Assembly: GCA_964016885.1 (NCBI GenBank)
Contig: OZ024741.1
Span: 236,096,001 to 236,160,000 of the forward strand
Direction: 5' to 3'
Length of the DNA stretch: 64,000 nt
Source of the DNA: Eledone cirrhosa
Taxonomy: Eukaryota
Below the pieces are notes generated by a model that did no database searches, was not told the DNA's origin, and saw nothing but the letters and a program-made list of their open reading frames with translations. Positions 1 to 13,419 of the stretch are shown here, in pieces; the first letter of the stretch is position 1; every line of letters starts with the position of its first letter. The position numbers and the translations under genes were made by a program.

Positions 1-199
1 GCAGTTTTGTCGGCAGATTGATTCAGTGACTGCCTTATTTCATCTCTGCGAATATAAGGTAGTCAGTCGCATTAGCTCTGATTCTCCTCCAGAGATTTTT
101 CAAAGTTCTGCATTGCAGTCGCCGACTCATGGTATCTACTGTGTGATTTTGACTTCACATCAACTAGTCTTCAACTAAAGCTGACCCTCTCTTGGAAGC

Positions 200-800
200 T
201 TCTCGTTAAGTTTATTGTTTTAATGTGCCTGTTAATGTTGATCTTCGAGAGTTTAAGTTTATTATAAAGAATGACAACTGACTATTTCGTCTAAACGTGT
301 CCTAGACTTCGTTTGCGCCGATGGTGGTGTTTAATGTTGCCTTGTTTGTGGATAGGAGTGGTAATAACCAATAGTCACAGATCATGTAATAAGGGTTGAC
401 TAGTCTAGAATGGGTTTGTATTATAGATATCTGTGATTTGGAAGTTCCGTTTGAGACATGGGCACAGTACTCCTCTAGAGTAGGAGGAAATTATATATTG
501 TAAAGGTTTAGCACCAGTTTGGGCTTTAACTTTTCCACTATTCATTCAAAAGTAGCTATTTTGAAAAATGGAATATTTATTGGCGGGCATGTTAATTTAG
601 CAACTGCATGAGTCGTCGTCAATAAAATAAAACACATCTGTAGACGATGTAGTGAGGACCTACGATTATGAACTGGTGCAGTCTTGGTTCAGTAGCTGCC
701 ATCTCGCGTATGTGAGAAACTTTTGATTTAGTCAAGGAAGAATTTCTTTTTAAATAGGAATTCCGTAGCATTCTAGTTTTAAGTTTAGACTTTAGTGGAT
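200..800 (-). mobile_element. Highly degraded LINE (CR1-like) RT fragment
   Basis: Minus strand gives short RT-like remnants (KLECYGI near 765-790; EEYCAHV near 455-478) with no open frame. Confidence 0.25.
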
Positions 801-857
801 CAGCCTGCCAGAGGCTGAAGAGAAATTTGTTTAGTTTCCAAATCTCTAAGAAATGAT

Positions 858-1135
858 ATCATCATCATCGTTTTACGTGTTGTCGTCATCGACTGGACAG
901 CTTGTCACATTCTGAGATTAGGTCAGATAACAAAGTCTTGCTTATACATTCCATCATCTTAACATGATTACGGCTGGATGCCCTTCCAACGCCAAGCAGT
1001 TTACAACGAGCATTGGGTGCATTTTATCATGATGCCTGCACTGCTACTTTACTGCGAGTACTGGGAGCATTTTAACATGGCACTACCACTTAACAGTCTA
1101 CTGGGTGCATTTTATCGTGGCACCAGCTCTAGTGC
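858..1135 (-). mobile_element. Old RTE-type 3' UTR fragment
   Basis: catcatcatc-gttttacgt tail and ggctggatgcccttcc..acgccaa...ctgggtgc motifs resemble the RTE 3' UTR at 40965-41200. Confidence 0.45.
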
Positions 1136-1584
1136 TATCATTGTGTAATCAGACATGCAAAGAGGTAGGGGTAAAAGCATGGCGATAGTGACACGGGTAG
1201 CAATGGTCGCTTGAGCAACTATGTTGGTCATGGAGATGACCTTGAGTAGGGTAAAGTGACAAGCATCTCATCGTTGAGTGGGGGTGGACCTTCACAAGAT
1301 ATACATATAGAGGTACGATGCCCCGCTTTATGTGTGGGCAGTGATTTTGAGAGTAGTTGTGGATGATTTAGATAGTTAAGGAGGGGAGACAGACAAGTGA
1401 AGGGACAGATTGGATACTGTATTGCTTGTAAAAGTAAACATGACATTTTTGTCACGAGGTGATTTGAACTCGCACTGATGCTATTTAATTTCTCGCTCGA
1501 ATTTAATATCACTTAATACGTAATATCTCGCGGCTGATGTCAACAGCAGACGCGCTCAGAAAATCGCATGTAATCATTATTACA

Positions 1585-1713
1585 GCTATACGGGCTTCCA
1601 CAGTTTTCGTCTATTAAATTTCACTCACAATGCATTGGCCAGTTTGAGATTAGAGTAAAAGACACTTGCTGAAGGTGCCACGTAGTGGGACTGAACTTGA
1701 AATCCTTAACCAC
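1585..1713 (-). mobile_element. tRNA-derived SINE fragment
   Basis: Reverse complement reads gtggttaagg..ttcaagttcagtcccactacgtggcaccttcagcaagtgtctt, i.e. A/B-box-like head plus a SINE central domain. Confidence 0.45.
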
Positions 1714-2726
1714 ACATACGTCTACTGCAGATTCTAAGCAATTTACTCACTGTATATCGCAGGTTTTGCTTTCCGTGGAAGTAAACCTATTGTTTTATGT
1801 TACTATGGACAACGCACCCCAATAACATCTTGCATTACTGAATATATTTCCAACCTGATCCGATACTGGCTTTCACTGAATCGTCAATCTAGAACGTGGG
1901 ACAACAATATCGATGTTTATATTCTCTTGATTTTAGTGAAATAGGAAATGTGGCATGCCGAGCTGAAATGACCCTAGACAAAAATAAATAAAATAAAAAT
2001 AATTAGCCTTGTTCATGTATGCCTCTGGTGATGTTTATTCGTGTTTTTGTTATATTCCTTTACCTTTTCTGGATATACATTGCAGTTTTTGGCAGCTTGC
2101 GGTTTAGTATAATTCATCGAGAATATGCTCTCGTAGCTACTCTAAATTTCCTCTATTTAGGTTATTCAACGAATGGCAAATTCTATAATGTTTCCTTCCT
2201 CAGTTTTCATGTAATCGTCATAAAGTTACTTTTCTTCTAGACATAAGCCGTCCACATTTAGGACTTTGATCACAGTGCTGCTCGGTTGGTGGTGTGGATG
2301 GTACCAGTTTAGAGAGAGACGGCGGATTCATGAACATTTGTTTCTTTCTGTTGGAAAAATGACTTTCCCGTCAATCTTTAGCTGCAGCCCATCATTAAAC
2401 CTCTTCCCTGTAGTTTACCGTCTTTCGTTGTGGAAAGGGTTTAACGTAGATATGACTTAGTAGTAGGATCTGCTAGCATCCAGATTATTGAGAGAAAATT
2501 TCTGTAGATCTCTAGACGCCTCTAATTCACAGCCAACCCCTCAATTGACGAACATCCACTCCAGTTTTCAAACAGTACAGAGTACTCAACATTACCTACC
2601 TATTTTATACTCAACCTATTGACATCCTCAAAGCAAATTTGCACCGTTTTACTGATATATTACTAACGCACACATATTTATATTTGTATGCATAATAGTT
2701 TATATCTATAAACACACAACTCTTAC

Positions 2727-2769
2727 CTGTTCCATTCTGTGGGCTGTGATCAACCTGGAGCCTCGCCAT
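2727..2769 (-). CDS. Candidate first coding exon of a host gene (MARLQVDHSPQNGT, phase 1)
   Basis: Minus strand ataATGgcg...ggaacaG|GTAAGA: ATG in good context plus a consensus donor. No homology recognised. Confidence 0.3.
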
Positions 2770-3667
2770 TATATATATGTATTTTTACCTGCTATTTTAT
2801 ACATTTACATATATTAAATAGTTAAAACCTAAAGAAACAACTAAATACATATGAATAATTTATTATTCACGAGAAAGTAGGAAATTCCGTTTATTTTATA
2901 TAAAGTAAAATTACTTTTCTTTCTTACTTAGCTCTCTTTACCTCTTAAGCATACGTATATTATATATATAAAACATACAGCACCTTTCTTTCTCTCCCTC
3001 TTTACCTTTTCTAGTCATATACACCCGTATTTCTCCTTCTTTCTTCCCTCTCGTACACATCATATCTCCCACCTCTCTTGACCGACATATCAGTTGTGCA
3101 CACACATACTTTTCTGAAATGTTAAATCGATGGAAATTTAAATATCTTATTATTATTTTTTTTAATTATACCAGTGTGTACTTAGTTACCGACACTTAGG
3201 TTTGGTGTGGAAAACTTAAGAGCTACCTTATATTCATGACTGAAGTGAAGTACTGAGACAGCGGTTTATGGATAATAATACACCTTACCGGGAAATCTGA
3301 CATGCCTGTTACTTATTGCAATTCTTCATATAAGTTGCGTGATCTCTCTCTCTCTACCTCTCTCTCGTGGCCTGTCTGTCTGTTCTCGGCTTCGTCCTGC
3401 AGAGAGAGCCGTTTTAATTAACTACCGGATCTATTTACACACCGTGTCTAAATGTATGTTTACTAAACATACTTATATGAAATTCACCTATCACAGAATA
3501 TTGCAGAAACGTCAGACAAAATGATGTACGTTCTGATCCCACCGGGGTCGATAATATAATACTAATCAAGTATCGGTTTATATTTTTCCCGGTAAACGGA
3601 AACCCTAACTCTAATCCAGGGGGTAAAAAAGTATATTGCTAGCATCTTGTAGGTCAGATTAGTTGGT

Positions 3668-3701
<34 letters not shown>

Positions 3702-4595
3702 GCGAATAAAAACGAATAAAAATAATTATTTCCCACCAAACTCGAGGTAGGTGTAGATCTACGAAAGTCAGGTCTTTCCCCTCCTTTCCGCTGTCTTTTT
3801 CTACAAAGCTAGTCGTTTCCGACCGATTTGAAAGTAATATTCGTTGATAACGCGCGAAAAAAAAAATCGTAGAGAAAACGGTGGAGGAGGGGGGGGGGGG
3901 CTTCTCCGTTTTCCTAAAAAAGAAAGTCGATTGCGATCATTTTGGATGTCAGATTTGTTGGTAGTCCAAGAAATGGCTGAAGAAAAAATGTCCTCCCCCT
4001 CCAGAAATGGAAGGGGGGGGGGGTGAGGTTCTATAATAACATCTTATATTCTTCACATCGGATGAATGCTTCAAGATATTTGATATTTCTATATTCTCGG
4101 TTCGAGTAATGATCCCCGAAATTGATTGAAGGAACAGAGGAAGTGATCGAAAACATGGTCCCACTAAACTTAACGCAAAGAGTGTTCGTCGACTCGAAGT
4201 TATAGAAAATATTACAATACTGAGCAATGAGATTAAACCCGAAACCACATAGCTGCGAAACGAGCTTCTTAATCACATGGTTATAATTGAAGCCTCTATC
4301 TATAGACTAACTCTTTTTTTTTTTTAAAGAGGACAAAACTACCTTTCAATCGATCATATTGTCGCTAGTATCAGTTATCGAATGAAGGGACACAACTCGA
4401 ATCACACACCGGTATAGCTGACATGGTAATGGTAGATGTTCTGTGTTGACATCCTGTCGAAATCAACTTGACTTCTAAACATCACGGGGTCAACATAATC
4501 GACCACCCTTCTCCAAAATTAAAAGAATTTCTCGCTTTTTCTCCATATTTGAGATCATAAAAGAACATTGATGGGCAAAGGTGTTTTTTTTTTAG

Positions 4596-4665
4596 TGAAC
4601 GTGTTGTTGGTGATAGTGACACCACACACCGTTGACACTGGCACCAGGAATCTTTAGTACGTGAA
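4596..4665 (+). other. Candidate short exon
   Basis: ttttttttttag| acceptor and gaa|GTAAGT consensus donor 70 nt apart. Confidence 0.25.
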
Positions 4666-6732
4666 GTAAGTGCTATGGAATGGTCCCAACGGATATCGAA
4701 CCATGGAGGGTAGCCCTATAGTTTGGTCACATATGCTTAGAACAATTCCGTGGTGCGCGCAAAATCAGACAGATACGATACTTGATCGCACGAACTTCTA
4801 GAACCAGCAACCAAACTTCCTTACCGTCTTAAATGAAGACGAACACATTAACAGTATAATCCTAGATATTAATAGTTGACAAAGGTAATTCCAAATATTT
4901 ATATTTATTGAATTTAAAAAACAAACAATTTACAATTCATCAATGTTTGCACATGAAAATAAAAAAAAAAACGAAACAAAAAAGGGAAATAAATTAAATA
5001 GCGAAAGTAAGGAAAATGGAGGTGGATGCGGCAGACTGCAGTCTACACGGATAAAATGGAGAAGGTATTTCCAGTGAGAGCCAGCGTCACCCGTTGCATC
5101 AAGCACTCTATTCCACGGGGCGGATGCACTCCAACTAATTTTACAGTAAAAAATTGCAGTTAGGGAACCGACACGAAAAGGAAGCGGTCGGTCAATTCCT
5201 AGCTTTTAGCTATTTTACTCTACTTTATGAGCGGTGGTGCCCTGGTTTATGACCGAAGCGACCCGGTTGGAGGAGGAGAATGTGTTGCAGCCAGTAACGA
5301 CCCTATGAACAATAATAATAAAGATAAATAAAAAGGCAGATTCCCAATCCCAATTAAAGTACAAAATAGAACACTGGTATTTCCTCCTTCGTATTGTCAT
5401 AGACATAGGTTTGCTCAACCAGGTCTAAACAACAAACAAATAAATACGTGACCACCGCTAATACTCGTAGCCATAAACACCATTAGCACTCATTCATATC
5501 TACGGGACCACCACTATCATTCACATATCCACCACTGGCGCACACCCAGAGACATCCATGGCAACCGATAACATACGTGGACACGGATAACTAACTTATA
5601 CATGAAAATGCCTGTGCGTAGTCGCCTCAAATGCTAGAAATAAAAACCAAATCTTTCTCAAATTATACCCAATGATCTTAAAAATGTAAAGACGAGATAA
5701 TGTAGTCTGAAAAATATGTTATGGTGAGGGCAGGAATGCCTTTCATCGCAGAAAGTTTGCATGTGTGTGCGTGTGTAAAGCTGCTCTTCTATCAGGGGAG
5801 ATAACTTAATAAATATTGATAAAAATCTTTTCACCTTTGCACTTTTTCCACTCTTAATGTCAGCCGCAGACTTACTGGAAACGTGAGTCTTTGATTTATT
5901 AATTTTTTTATTATAATATAATTTCTGGACTTTAATTATTCTATTGTCTTCTATCTTACTTCCCTACCTCTCGTTTTTATCTATAACATCTGTTGGTTTC
6001 AATTGAAGAAGGAAGAAAGGAACAACTCGTGTATATAAACCAACGAGATTAACTTGTAAAGATTAGTGTTGCCATTGTTACCGCTAAATATACCTACATA
6101 AAACTGCTTCTACCTTACTCTGTAAATGTCACGTCCTCCCTATTCATTTTATTAGCCTCTCTTATAGTCTTTATACTACCGTGTATCTATACCTACATTA
6201 TAAGTGTGTGTCAGTATCCACATACGTACATGCTTATAGACCAATTAGTAGAAGCCCAACGGAGCCACCCCGTGGAATTTTACTAATTACTATGCCAACT
6301 CTGTACGTAAACATGCATCAAGTACTACTCTGTTCTGTGGTCTTGCCAGTCTCCGAACCGTGAACACTTCATATGTGTGTGTATGTGTCTGCTATTAGTC
6401 CGGGTAACGGTACATATGCACCATGTAAGGTGGACTGGGTACAAATGCACCCAGTCCACCTTCCATAGTGGACTGGCTGCATTTGTAGTGGTATCAACAT
6501 TATTTTGTACAACACTAGGGTGCTCAGTGTACATGGTCGTGTTCGAGGTGGTTGAAGTCGGGATTTCACTACTGGTGGCATTTTTATACTGCTTGGGGAA
6601 AATGGTTGGGTGTGTAGTGTCTGTCATGTTGGAGGTGGTCCAGGCTTTCCTGAGTTACAAAAATATTGGAAGTGCAAGGGTTCAGCAAAGAAGGTGAATC
6701 AGTCAAAGTTCCAGCTAGATTTCCATGCTGTG

Positions 6733-6890
6733 TATATATATATATATATAAAAATTAAAAGATATATCTTTTAATTTGGTTATTATGGCTCTAGATAAAG
6801 ACTATTGAGCTTACTTATTGAGAAACATAAAATTCTAAACATATTTGTTATGTTTTGATTGATCATTTGTATATATACATATATACACAC

Positions 6891-6922
<32 letters not shown>

Positions 6923-7063
6923 ATGTATATATACAAATGATGCATCAAAACATAACAAATATGTTTAGAATTTTATGTTTCTCAATAAATAAGCTCAATA
7001 GTCTGTATCTAGAGCCATAATAACCAAATTAAAAGATATATCTTTTAATTTATATATATATAT
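6733..7063. repeat. Near-perfect ~330-bp palindrome centred on (TA)n
   Basis: 6752-6870 is the reverse complement of ~6932-7051 with about 4 mismatches; centre and flanks are (TA)n. Confidence 0.9.
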
Positions 7064-7489
7064 AAAGTTGTATTCCTGTCTGTCTGTTTGTTTGTTCACG
7101 AACTCCTATGGTTTTGGAGATAGACCCCCATAACCATATATTCTGAAACTACATTGCCCAGGGTACTTGGATAAGTATATTTCATTTTAATCAAAGGGTT
7201 CCCCGGTAAATGACAAGATATGATGCCTATTCACAAAATTTCAGCAAGTTTAAATAATATTAAGACACCCTAATGGGTGTTAAACCCCCTATTACGGTTC
7301 CCCTGAGGCTCAAACCCCTGCTGAAACTTTTTTCCCTTCGATTTATATGAAATTGAAGAAACCATAGGTAAATGACAAGATATGCCTATTCACAAAAGTT
7401 TTGAATTGATATTTTGAAAAAAATTATTTACGAGAAACAAAACGAGAATAAGATTTAAAATGTAATTTTGATTTGATATATTACAAAAA

Positions 7490-7672
7490 ATAATTGTTTC
7501 TACTTTTGGCACAAGGCCAGCAAATACCAGTGCATTACTGGTACTTTATTTTATCGGCCCCATAAGGATGAAAGGCAAAGTTAACCTCGGCGGGATTTGA
7601 ACTCAGAATGGCAAGGGCCGTAACTCTATGCGTCAAAGCTTGGCGTCCGACCCTTTACCGATACTGCCAGTC
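7490..7672 (-). mobile_element. tRNA-derived SINE with Nin-like central domain
   Basis: Reverse complement closely matches 62566-62762: B-box gagttcaaatccc, then ttgcctttcatcct..gataaaataaagtaccag. Confidence 0.8.
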
Positions 7673-7839
7673 TACAAAATATGTTTACCAATTTTTCATG
7701 CATTACATTTTACATTGAGTAATATTGAAATGCAGAGTTTTTCTCCATGAATTATATCACTGATTTAAAATCAATCATCATTTTCTTACAAAAAAAGTGT
7801 ATATATATATATATATATATGTATGTATATATATATATT

Positions 7840-7960
7840 TGTGAAGGCATGTGGCTGAGTGGTTAGAGAATTAGATTCACAATCGTAAGGTGAGTTCGAT
7901 TCCTGGACCAGGCGATGCGTTATGTTCTTGAGCAAGACACTTTATTTCACGTTGCTCCTT
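7840..7960 (+). mobile_element. tRNA-derived SINE head (Meta/V-like domain)
   Basis: A-box tggctgagtgg, B-box gagttcgattcc, followed by gttcttgagcaagacacttt. Confidence 0.65.
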
Positions 7961-8227
7961 CTACCTGGAGTTGCGACCGATAGATAGTATTAGCAATTGG
8001 AAAGACCAACGGAAACATTGTTTCCTCGATCCGATTTGACGAAAGTCGATCGTTCCTTGTATGTATGTATATCTATGTATGTATGTATATCTATGTATGT
8101 ATATATATCTGTGTGTATATATATCTATGTATGTATATATCTATGTATGTATATATCTATGTATGTATGTATGTATATATATGTATGTATGTATATATAT
8201 GTATGTATGTATATATATGTATGTATG

Positions 8228-8267
<40 letters not shown>

Positions 8268-8283
8268 TGTATGTATATATATG

Positions 8284-8316
<33 letters not shown>

Positions 8317-8918
8317 GTATATATGTATGTATATATATATGTATGTATATATATGTATATGTATGTATATATATGTATATATGTATGTATATATGTATAT
8401 ATGTATGTATATATATATGTATATATGTATGTATATATATATGTATATATATATGTATATATATATGTATATATGTATGTATATATATATGTATGTATAT
8501 ATATGTATATATATATGTATGTATATATATGTATATATATATGTATGTATATATATATGTATATATATATGTATATATATATGTATATATATATGTATAT
8601 ATATGTATGTATGTATATATGTATGTATGTATATATATATGTATGTATATGTATGTATATATATATGTATGTATGTATGTATATATATATATGTATGTAT
8701 GTATATATATGTATGTATGTATATATATGTATGTATGTATATATATGTATGTATGTATATATATGTATGTATGTATATATATGTATGTATGTATATATAT
8801 GTATGTATGTATATATATGTATGTATGTATATATATGTATGTATGTATATATATGTATGTATGTATATATATGTATGTATGTATATATATGTATGTATGT
8901 ATATATATGTATGTATGT

Positions 8919-8984
<66 letters not shown>

Positions 8985-8993
8985 GTATGTATG

Positions 8994-9056
<63 letters not shown>

Positions 9057-9062
9057 ATATAT

Positions 9063-9425
9063 TGATGGTATCCAATGATGTTGACTTGTTCTTCTTTTTG
9101 GTAAATAGCATCTTGGTTAAGAGAGTGGGACTGGCTTTGTGCAGTGCCTTTGCTCACTATAAAAGCTTCACGGCACAGGCATTGCTTTATATCTGGAGAT
9201 CTCTCTGCACTTGTCCTCACATGGGCCCAGCACTATGTGTCAATAATTGTCCTACCATGGGCCTAGCACTATGTGTCAATGATTGTCACAGGTGTAGTGT
9301 TTGTACCAGAGGTTTCAAGTCGCTGGCTGGACTAAAAAGTCACACTCGTTCAGCGCTTCGTTAGGGGTTATCCTACATGGATGTAAAGTAGTGGCCGTAC
9401 TCGAAAACGAGTTGGCAGCCACCAT
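9063..9425 (+). mobile_element. Bipartite non-autonomous RTE derivative, copy 1 (5'-truncated, small internal duplication)
   Basis: Matches the 3' part of 39933-40543; ends ggccgtactcgaaaacgagttggcagccaccat then TA array. Confidence 0.9.
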
Positions 9426-9432
9426 ATATATG

Positions 9433-9464
<32 letters not shown>

Positions 9465-9975
9465 TATATATGTATGTATGTATATATATATATGTATGTA
9501 TATATATATGTATGTATATATATATGTATGTATATATATATGTATGTATATATATATGTATGTATGTATGTATATATATATATGTATGTATATATATATG
9601 TATGTATATATATATGTATGTATATATATATGTATGTATATATATATGTATGTATATATATATGTATGTATATATATATGTATGTATATATATATGTATG
9701 TATGTATGTATATATATATATATATGTATGTATATATATATATATGTATGTATGTATGTATATATATGTATGTATGTATATGTATATATATGTATGTATG
9801 TATGTATATATATGTATGTATGTATATGTATATATATATATGTATGTATATGTATATATATATATGTATGTATGTATATATATGTATGTAACTTTGAATA
9901 ACTTTGAAATGTTTTGGCCAGTATTGGCCCAGGCCATGTCTAACTTAATAGCACCACCTGGCGAAGTCTTTCAAT

Positions 9976-12900
9976 TCAGGATTTGGGCACCATGGCCCAT
10001 TCGAGAAGAGAATTACTGTTTGCGGAGACATATCCGGGTGTGGGTGGTTTGTCCGGGATTACTTGGAGGAATTTGTCCAAAGACTTCTTGAATTTTGTGT
10101 GGTCAGTTTCTGTTTTGACGTGTCCTGGTGTGATGTTGAAGAGAGCAGGGCCGATTGAGGTGAAATAATTGTGCCGTATTGTTGTTATGAGTTGCGATTT
10201 AGATTTTTGAATGGGACGGATAGCACGGGGCCCAAGCCTTTGGTGTATCTTGAAGGCGATGCCAACACCATTTGGGCAGTGATGATGGAACATTTTCCAC
10301 ATCATGCAGATAATATAACGCTCACGGCGACGTTGGAGTGAGTAAAGTTTCAGGTTTTCTAATCGACTCCAGTAGTCAAGGTCTGACATGCCATCTGTCT
10401 TTTTCGTGATTGCCCTTTGAGGAGCTTCAAGTTTCATGATACTTTGTTTTGTGTGGGGAGACCACAGTGGACAACAGTATTCAAGGTGTGGTCGGGCGAA
10501 AGTAGAGAAGAGAAGGATAATGGTGCGGGAATCTCTCGACTGGAAGGTTCTGAGGATCCAGGAACACATTCTGCGGGCCATGTCAACTTTGCTGCTTATA
10601 TGCGTGGTCCAGCTTATGTTGCTGTCCACGGTTACTCCCAAGTCTCTGATGTTGTTAGATGCCACGAGAGTTTCCCCGGAGGGAAGGGAGTACGGGAGTT
10701 TCAGAGCATCCTCTTTTCCAAAGTGGATCAGTTCGAATTTGTCTTCGTTCAGTAACATGTTGTTCTTTTCTGCCCATTGGGTAACAGCCAGTAGGTCTGA
10801 CTGAAGGCTTATCCGGTCATCCACGCCATTGATGACCTTTTGGAGCTTGGAATCATCAGCGAAAATTTTAATGTTGCTGTGTTTGATGATGTCAGTGATG
10901 TCATTAATATAGATGATGAAGAGAAGTGGGCCCAACACAGTGCCTTGTGGGACTCCACTACTGACTTTGGCTGGGCTTGATTTGACTCCCTCAACTACAA
11001 CATGTTGGGTTCTGTTTGACAGGAAGCTCTTGATCCACTGCAGCAGCTTTCCAGTGACACCAATATTGGACAGCTTTCTCAGTAGAATGTTATGATCAAC
11101 CCTGTCAAAGGCCTTGCTGAAATCAAGGTAGATAACATCAGTGTTGGAACCCTCTCCCAAGGCTCTCAAAATGTCATCAAAGTGATGCAGTAGCTGCGTC
11201 AGGCAATCCCTTCCATTACGGAATCCATGCTGGTTGGAGTTCAGCATATTGTTACTCTCAAGGAAGTGGGTCATTCGCGATCTCACCACTTGCTCAAATA
11301 CCTTAATGATATGAGAGGTGAGTGAGATTGGACGGTAATTCACGGCAAGGGATTTGTTTCCCTTTTTGAAAACTGGGACAACAGACTGGGATAGAAGGTT
11401 TTCTGGCACATATCCAGCATCCAGTGAGTTCCGCCACAGATTGGCAAGAGGAGATGCAAGTTGGTGTTGACACGCCTTCAAGACACAAGCAGGGAACCTA
11501 TCGGGACCTACTGCTGAATTATGCTTGATTTCCTTTATTGCCGCCAAGACATCAGGGGCGCCAAACGTTATGTCCGATAAGGTGTAATGGGGAGTAACAT
11601 CGCCGATACAGCCCAGATCGGCCATATCAGGATTGCTGAAAACGGAGCAGTATTGTTTCTGCAGTATCTCACCCATGGTTTTAGCATTGTCTTGAAGAGT
11701 GCCATTTTCATCAATTAGAGGGCCAACAGTAGAGCCAGTGATTTTGTGTTTTTTTGCAAATGAAAAGAACACTTTGGGATTGAGTTTGATCTTCTCAATG
11801 GCCCAGGCCTCTTCAGCTCTTCTCTGATTGTTGATGAGGGACATTATGTTGTTTTGGAGGTTATGTTTTTTAATCTCTAGTGATGAAATGGCAGTCAAGT
11901 TGATGTGTTGCTGCTGACAGTATTTCAGCTTGTTGATTTTTTTGTTCGTTCTCTTAACTTTTCTGATGAGCGTTTTTCTATTTCTAGGGATTCTGCTCTT
12001 AGATTTGTTTATAGTTCTTAATGGGGTGTGTTTTGCACATATGTTTGTAACAGTGTCCACAAATGTCTGCCAGGACTTTTTGATGTTAGTGGGTGTATGA
12101 GTGTGCGTGAAGGACCAGTCGACATGTGCAAGATCATGACTGATCGCTTCCCAGTTTGCATTGTGGAAATCCATAGCGTCAAACGGATGGACAGGAGAGA
12201 TGACATTGGGTTTGTATATTGGACGGTGGAATCTCAGATCACAGAGAACCATGTCATGATCAGAGAGTAGAGTTTTCTCCACTGCAATATTGTGGATATT
12301 GTCAGTGTGATTGCTGAAAATTAAGTCTAGGACGTTTTTGTGGCACCTCGTTGGTTCGAGCACCAGTTGGGATAGGAAGAAATCATCCATGAAGTCAAGA
12401 AGCGATTCCACTGCTTCCCTGTCAGAGGTTGAGGCAGAAGAACCTGGTGGCAGGCTGTTTGTGGACCAGTCAACTCCGGGGAGGTTGAAGTCCCCCATCA
12501 TTAAGATGTTGTCAAGGTGACACTCTTGGATGAAACACTTTATGCTGTTGAGGCATTCCTTGAAGCATGGTACAGGCGTTTGGGGTGGCCTATAGAGCCC
12601 AACTACTATTAGGTTGTTGGTTTGACTGAATACAGTGACTGCTTCGCAGTATCCATTAGTGAATATGTTCATAACCTCTGTTGAGAAAGAATTATGGACA
12701 TAAATGGCAGTCCCGCCCTTTCTTCTGCCAGCGCGATCAGCACGGATGGCTTTGAAATTTTTCACTTTCACCTCGGCTTCCAAGTGGAGGTCACTGAGAT
12801 GGGTTTCAGTGAGGACGAAGAAAGGGATGTGGTTTGGATGGACATCAATCCAGTCCGACAGGAATTTGATCTTCCATTTTTGAGTATTGGTGGAAGGGCT

Positions 12901-12996
12901 GATGCCTTGGGCGTTAAGCAAAAATGTAGAGGCGAGAGTGGATGGTTTTAATTGTTTTGGTGTGTTGTTAATTTGTTTGTTTGTTAATGGCAGCAA
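9976..12996 (-). CDS. ORF2: APE endonuclease + reverse transcriptase (1006 aa, no upstream AUG)
   Basis: APE motifs LNAQGI, LTETHL, YRPP, MGDFN, LDLIF, SDH; RT motifs [36 protein letters not shown]; CR1-type [13 protein letters not shown]. Confidence 0.93.
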   Translation of the reverse strand: MLPLTNKQINNTPKQLKPSTLASTFLLNAQGISPSTNTQKWKIKFLSDWIDVHPNHIPFFVLTETHLSDLHLEAEVKVKNFKAIRADRAGRRKGGTAIYVHNSFSTEVMNIFTNGYCEAVTVFSQTNNLIVVGLYRPPQTPVPCFKECLNSIKCFIQECHLDNILMMGDFNLPGVDWSTNSLPPGSSASTSDREAVESLLDFMDDFFLSQLVLEPTRCHKNVLDLIFSNHTDNIHNIAVEKTLLSDHDMVLCDLRFHRPIYKPNVISPVHPFDAMDFHNANWEAISHDLAHVDWSFTHTHTPTNIKKSWQTFVDTVTNICAKHTPLRTINKSKSRIPRNRKTLIRKVKRTNKKINKLKYCQQQHINLTAISSLEIKKHNLQNNIMSLINNQRRAEEAWAIEKIKLNPKVFFSFAKKHKITGSTVGPLIDENGTLQDNAKTMGEILQKQYCSVFSNPDMADLGCIGDVTPHYTLSDITFGAPDVLAAIKEIKHNSAVGPDRFPACVLKACQHQLASPLANLWRNSLDAGYVPENLLSQSVVPVFKKGNKSLAVNYRPISLTSHIIKVFEQVVRSRMTHFLESNNMLNSNQHGFRNGRDCLTQLLHHFDDILRALGEGSNTDVIYLDFSKAFDRVDHNILLRKLSNIGVTGKLLQWIKSFLSNRTQHVVVEGVKSSPAKVSSGVPQGTVLGPLLFIIYINDITDIIKHSNIKIFADDSKLQKVINGVDDRISLQSDLLAVTQWAEKNNMLLNEDKFELIHFGKEDALKLPYSLPSGETLVASNNIRDLGVTVDSNISWTTHISSKVDMARRMCSWILRTFQSRDSRTIILLFSTFARPHLEYCCPLWSPHTKQSIMKLEAPQRAITKKTDGMSDLDYWSRLENLKLYSLQRRRERYIICMMWKMFHHHCPNGVGIAFKIHQRLGPRAIRPIQKSKSQLITTIRHNYFTSIGPALFNITPGHVKTETDHTKFKKSLDKFLQVIPDKPPTPGYVSANSNSLLEWAMVPKS

Positions 12997-13362
12997 TGGG
13001 AGTTTGTGCAGTGGGGTGATAGTGGAGGGTGGTGCTGGGTGATAGCTCGAATGTTTTTTTCCAGTTCTTTTGCCAGATTCATTATGGCTAAAGAGGAAGA
13101 AGTTTCCTGTTTAGAAGACTGTTGGTGACTGTGGTAGTGGTTATTTTTATGTAGGCTATGGTTTTTGTTTTTGCTTTTATTTTTAATTTTATTTTCATTT
13201 GTCCGACGGGTCCCCGGGAGATGGGTAAAGGGACAATCCCGGTCTAAACACAATCTGTCTCGCAGGGAAAAGCGGCAGATTTGTGGATTCCTTGTTTGAG
13301 TTATTGGTGGTTGTGTTGGTGTTAAATTAGAGTATGTATTATGGTGGTGGCTGTTTGTGGGG
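12984..13362 (-). CDS. ORF1 C-terminal remnant with CCCH zinc finger
   Basis: [19 protein letters not shown] (C-x8-C-x4-C-x3-H); its stop overlaps the ORF2 frame. Confidence 0.65.
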
Positions 13363-13388
13363 TATATATATATATATATGTATGTATG

Positions 13389-13419
<31 letters not shown>

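Larger units (their letters stand above)
9889..13362 (-). mobile_element. CR1-group LINE family A, copy 1 (ORF1 5'-truncated)
   Basis: Intact ORF2, ORF1 C-terminus, short 3' UTR ending in ttcaaagtta repeats; both ends abut TA arrays. Confidence 0.92.

Noticed and set aside
6325-6697. Thr/Ser-rich 100-aa ORF and the hydrophobic antisense ORF
   Set aside because: No recognisable domain or convincing splice context; likely a decayed repeat.
7840-7915. tRNA gene
   Set aside because: A/B boxes are present but there is no cloverleaf, and the sequence continues into a SINE body.
7997-9364. 455-aa ORF ending in a C2H2-like motif as a host zinc-finger gene
   Set aside because: It is a read-through of microsatellite into the finger remnant of the bipartite element.
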